Source: Planctomycetota bacterium
GTDB taxonomy: Bacteria > Planctomycetota > Brocadiia > SM23-32 > JAKLEA01
Assembly (NCBI GenBank): GCA_022711755.1
Contig: JAKLEA010000028.1
Coordinates: forward strand, 3,020 to 67,019
Direction: 5' to 3'
DNA length: 64,000 nucleotides
Shown here: piece by piece, positions 63,007-64,000 of the stretch
Layout: every line of letters begins with the position of its first letter
How positions within the stretch are numbered: position 1 is the stretch's first letter
Position numbers and translations under genes: made by a program
The notes under the pieces: generated by a model
What the model was told of the DNA's origin: nothing
Seen by the model: only the letters and a program-made list of their open reading frames with translations
Database searches by the model: none

Positions 63007-64000
63007 CTATTTCATGCCCTTCATGATTCCGCGCGCCTCCTCAAGTAGTTTCCTATAGACCTCCGAACCGCGTCCGCTGTTGGTCATTATGACAATTCCG
63101 CGTCCGTTATGAGGATAGAACTCCGACCAGCACTGGAAGCCGGAGCCGTTCGAGCCGCCGTGGGAGATGCGGTTGCCGGATTCCAGGGGAGTCACCACCC
63201 AGCCCAGCCCGCGAAACTCCGCGACTCCCGATTCGCCCTCCTTGAATTTCAGGCGCGGTTTCAACATTTCCTCAATTGTGGACGCGCTTAGGGAGTGAGA
63301 ACCTGAACGATCGGTTTTCAGTATTTCGACTATGAACCTTGCGTAGTCGCACGGAGCGCAGAAGAGGGAGAATGCCGCGTTGGCCTCGCGATATCTGGGT
63401 TTATCGGCCTGAACCTGACCGCGACCGCCGTGGCCGGCGGCGGCCAGTTCAGCGTACCGCTCCTCCCAGACAAGGCTGCTCGAACTCATTCCTGCCGGGC
63501 GCATCAATGTTCGCTTGAGGTACGGATCAAGTCCCTCTCCGGTGATCTTCTCCATCGCGCGTTGAAAGAAAAGGTATCCCTCGCCTGAGTAACCGTATTT
63601 CTCGCCGGGTTTGAAGATGAGTTTCAACGGCGCGCCGGTGTTCCAACCGCCCTCGCGCCAGTTTGGCAGGCCGGTGACGTGAGTCATGACCATGCGGGCT
63701 GTGATGAGTTTGTGATCCTCGTCGCCGGGAATGTATGGTTCTCCGAGGTATTCCCAGAGCGGCATGTCAAGATTGAGGCGTCCCTGTTCGGCCAGTTTCA
63801 GCGCCGCATATGTCGCAAGCAGTTTGGTCATCGAGGCTGCTTCGAAGACGGTCTCTTGCGTGACGGGGTCAGGTTTGTCCGCGGACTTGACGCCGAACTC
63901 GGCATGCCAGGCCAACTCCCGGTCCCAGACGACCGCGATGGAGATGCCGGGGACCTTGAACTGCTTCATCAGTTCGGAGGCGAGGGAGTTGATCGTATTT
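63007..64000 (-). CDS. serine hydrolase, beta-lactamase/transpeptidase-like (class-C-like), 5' end beyond the window
   Basis: The frame stays open upstream of the track's ATG 63969 to the window edge (..NTINSLASELMKQFKVPG). SxxK motif FEAASMTKLL. YSGEGY. Confidence 0.75.
   Translation of the reverse strand, partial: NTINSLASELMKQFKVPGISIAVVWDRELAWHAEFGVKSADKPDPVTQETVFEAASMTKLLATYAALKLAEQGRLNLDMPLWEYLGEPYIPGDEDHKLITARMVMTHVTGLPNWREGGWNTGAPLKLIFKPGEKYGYSGEGYLFFQRAMEKITGEGLDPYLKRTLMRPAGMSSSSLVWEERYAELAAAGHGGRGQVQADKPRYREANAAFSLFCAPCDYARFIVEILKTDRSGSHSLSASTIEEMLKPRLKFKEGESGVAEFRGLGWVVTPLESGNRISHGGSNGSGFQCWSEFYPHNGRGIVIMTNSGRGSEVYRKLLEEARGIMKGMK

Noticed and set aside
1-64000. Search for tRNA/rRNA/tmRNA genes, CRISPR arrays, IS elements, integrases, toxin-antitoxin pairs and known defence genes.
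   Set aside because: No T-loop-like GGTTCGAATCC-type motifs were seen in non-coding spacers. There are no regularly spaced direct repeats and no transposase-, integrase- or phage-like ORFs. The only repeats are the short REP-like and HEDTK-type elements reported above.

Overview
GC-rich (about 60% by eye), gene-dense bacterial chromosomal segment. I call 47 protein-coding regions, including 1 pseudogene and 2 genes cut by the window edges. I found no rRNA, tRNA, CRISPR array, transposase, integrase or phage gene. The gene content suggests a PVC-superphylum-like or neighbouring candidate-phylum polysaccharide-degrading heterotroph; this is inference only. The supporting genes are Hanks kinases (one fused to an FGE/SUMF1 domain), a PmoA/DUF6807 + Tat-Gfo/Idh/MocA + LamG/DUF1080-like cluster, many large secreted glycoside-hydrolase-like proteins, a PEGA lipoprotein and 'HEDTK'-coding intergenic repeats. 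Recognisable housekeeping genes are aspS, hisS, rpiB, rpsU, trpB, trpA, a two-subunit 2-oxoacid:ferredoxin oxidoreductase, nadE, glnA and an archaeal-type purO. Main observations: (1) 41153-45705 holds an Acetobacterium-type methylene-THF reductase module built as two fusion proteins (MetV-RnfC and MetF-FolD) plus a free MetV. (2) trpB-trpA is translationally coupled (ATGA overlaps) to a zinc-ribbon Hanks kinase. (3) 4956-5361 is an in-frame chimeric pseudogene (LamG/DUF1080-like 5' end joined to the 3' end of the PEGA lipoprotein gene, with TGG->TGA), next to an orphan long-form KamA-family radical-SAM aminomutase. (4) A hairpin repeat family ending in CACCCTAC has one copy apparently inserted in frame inside a URO-D-family gene. 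(5) A pentapeptide-repeat protein is fused to a K-channel-like pore with a TIGAGD filter. All functional calls rest on motif recognition by eye; no database search was possible.
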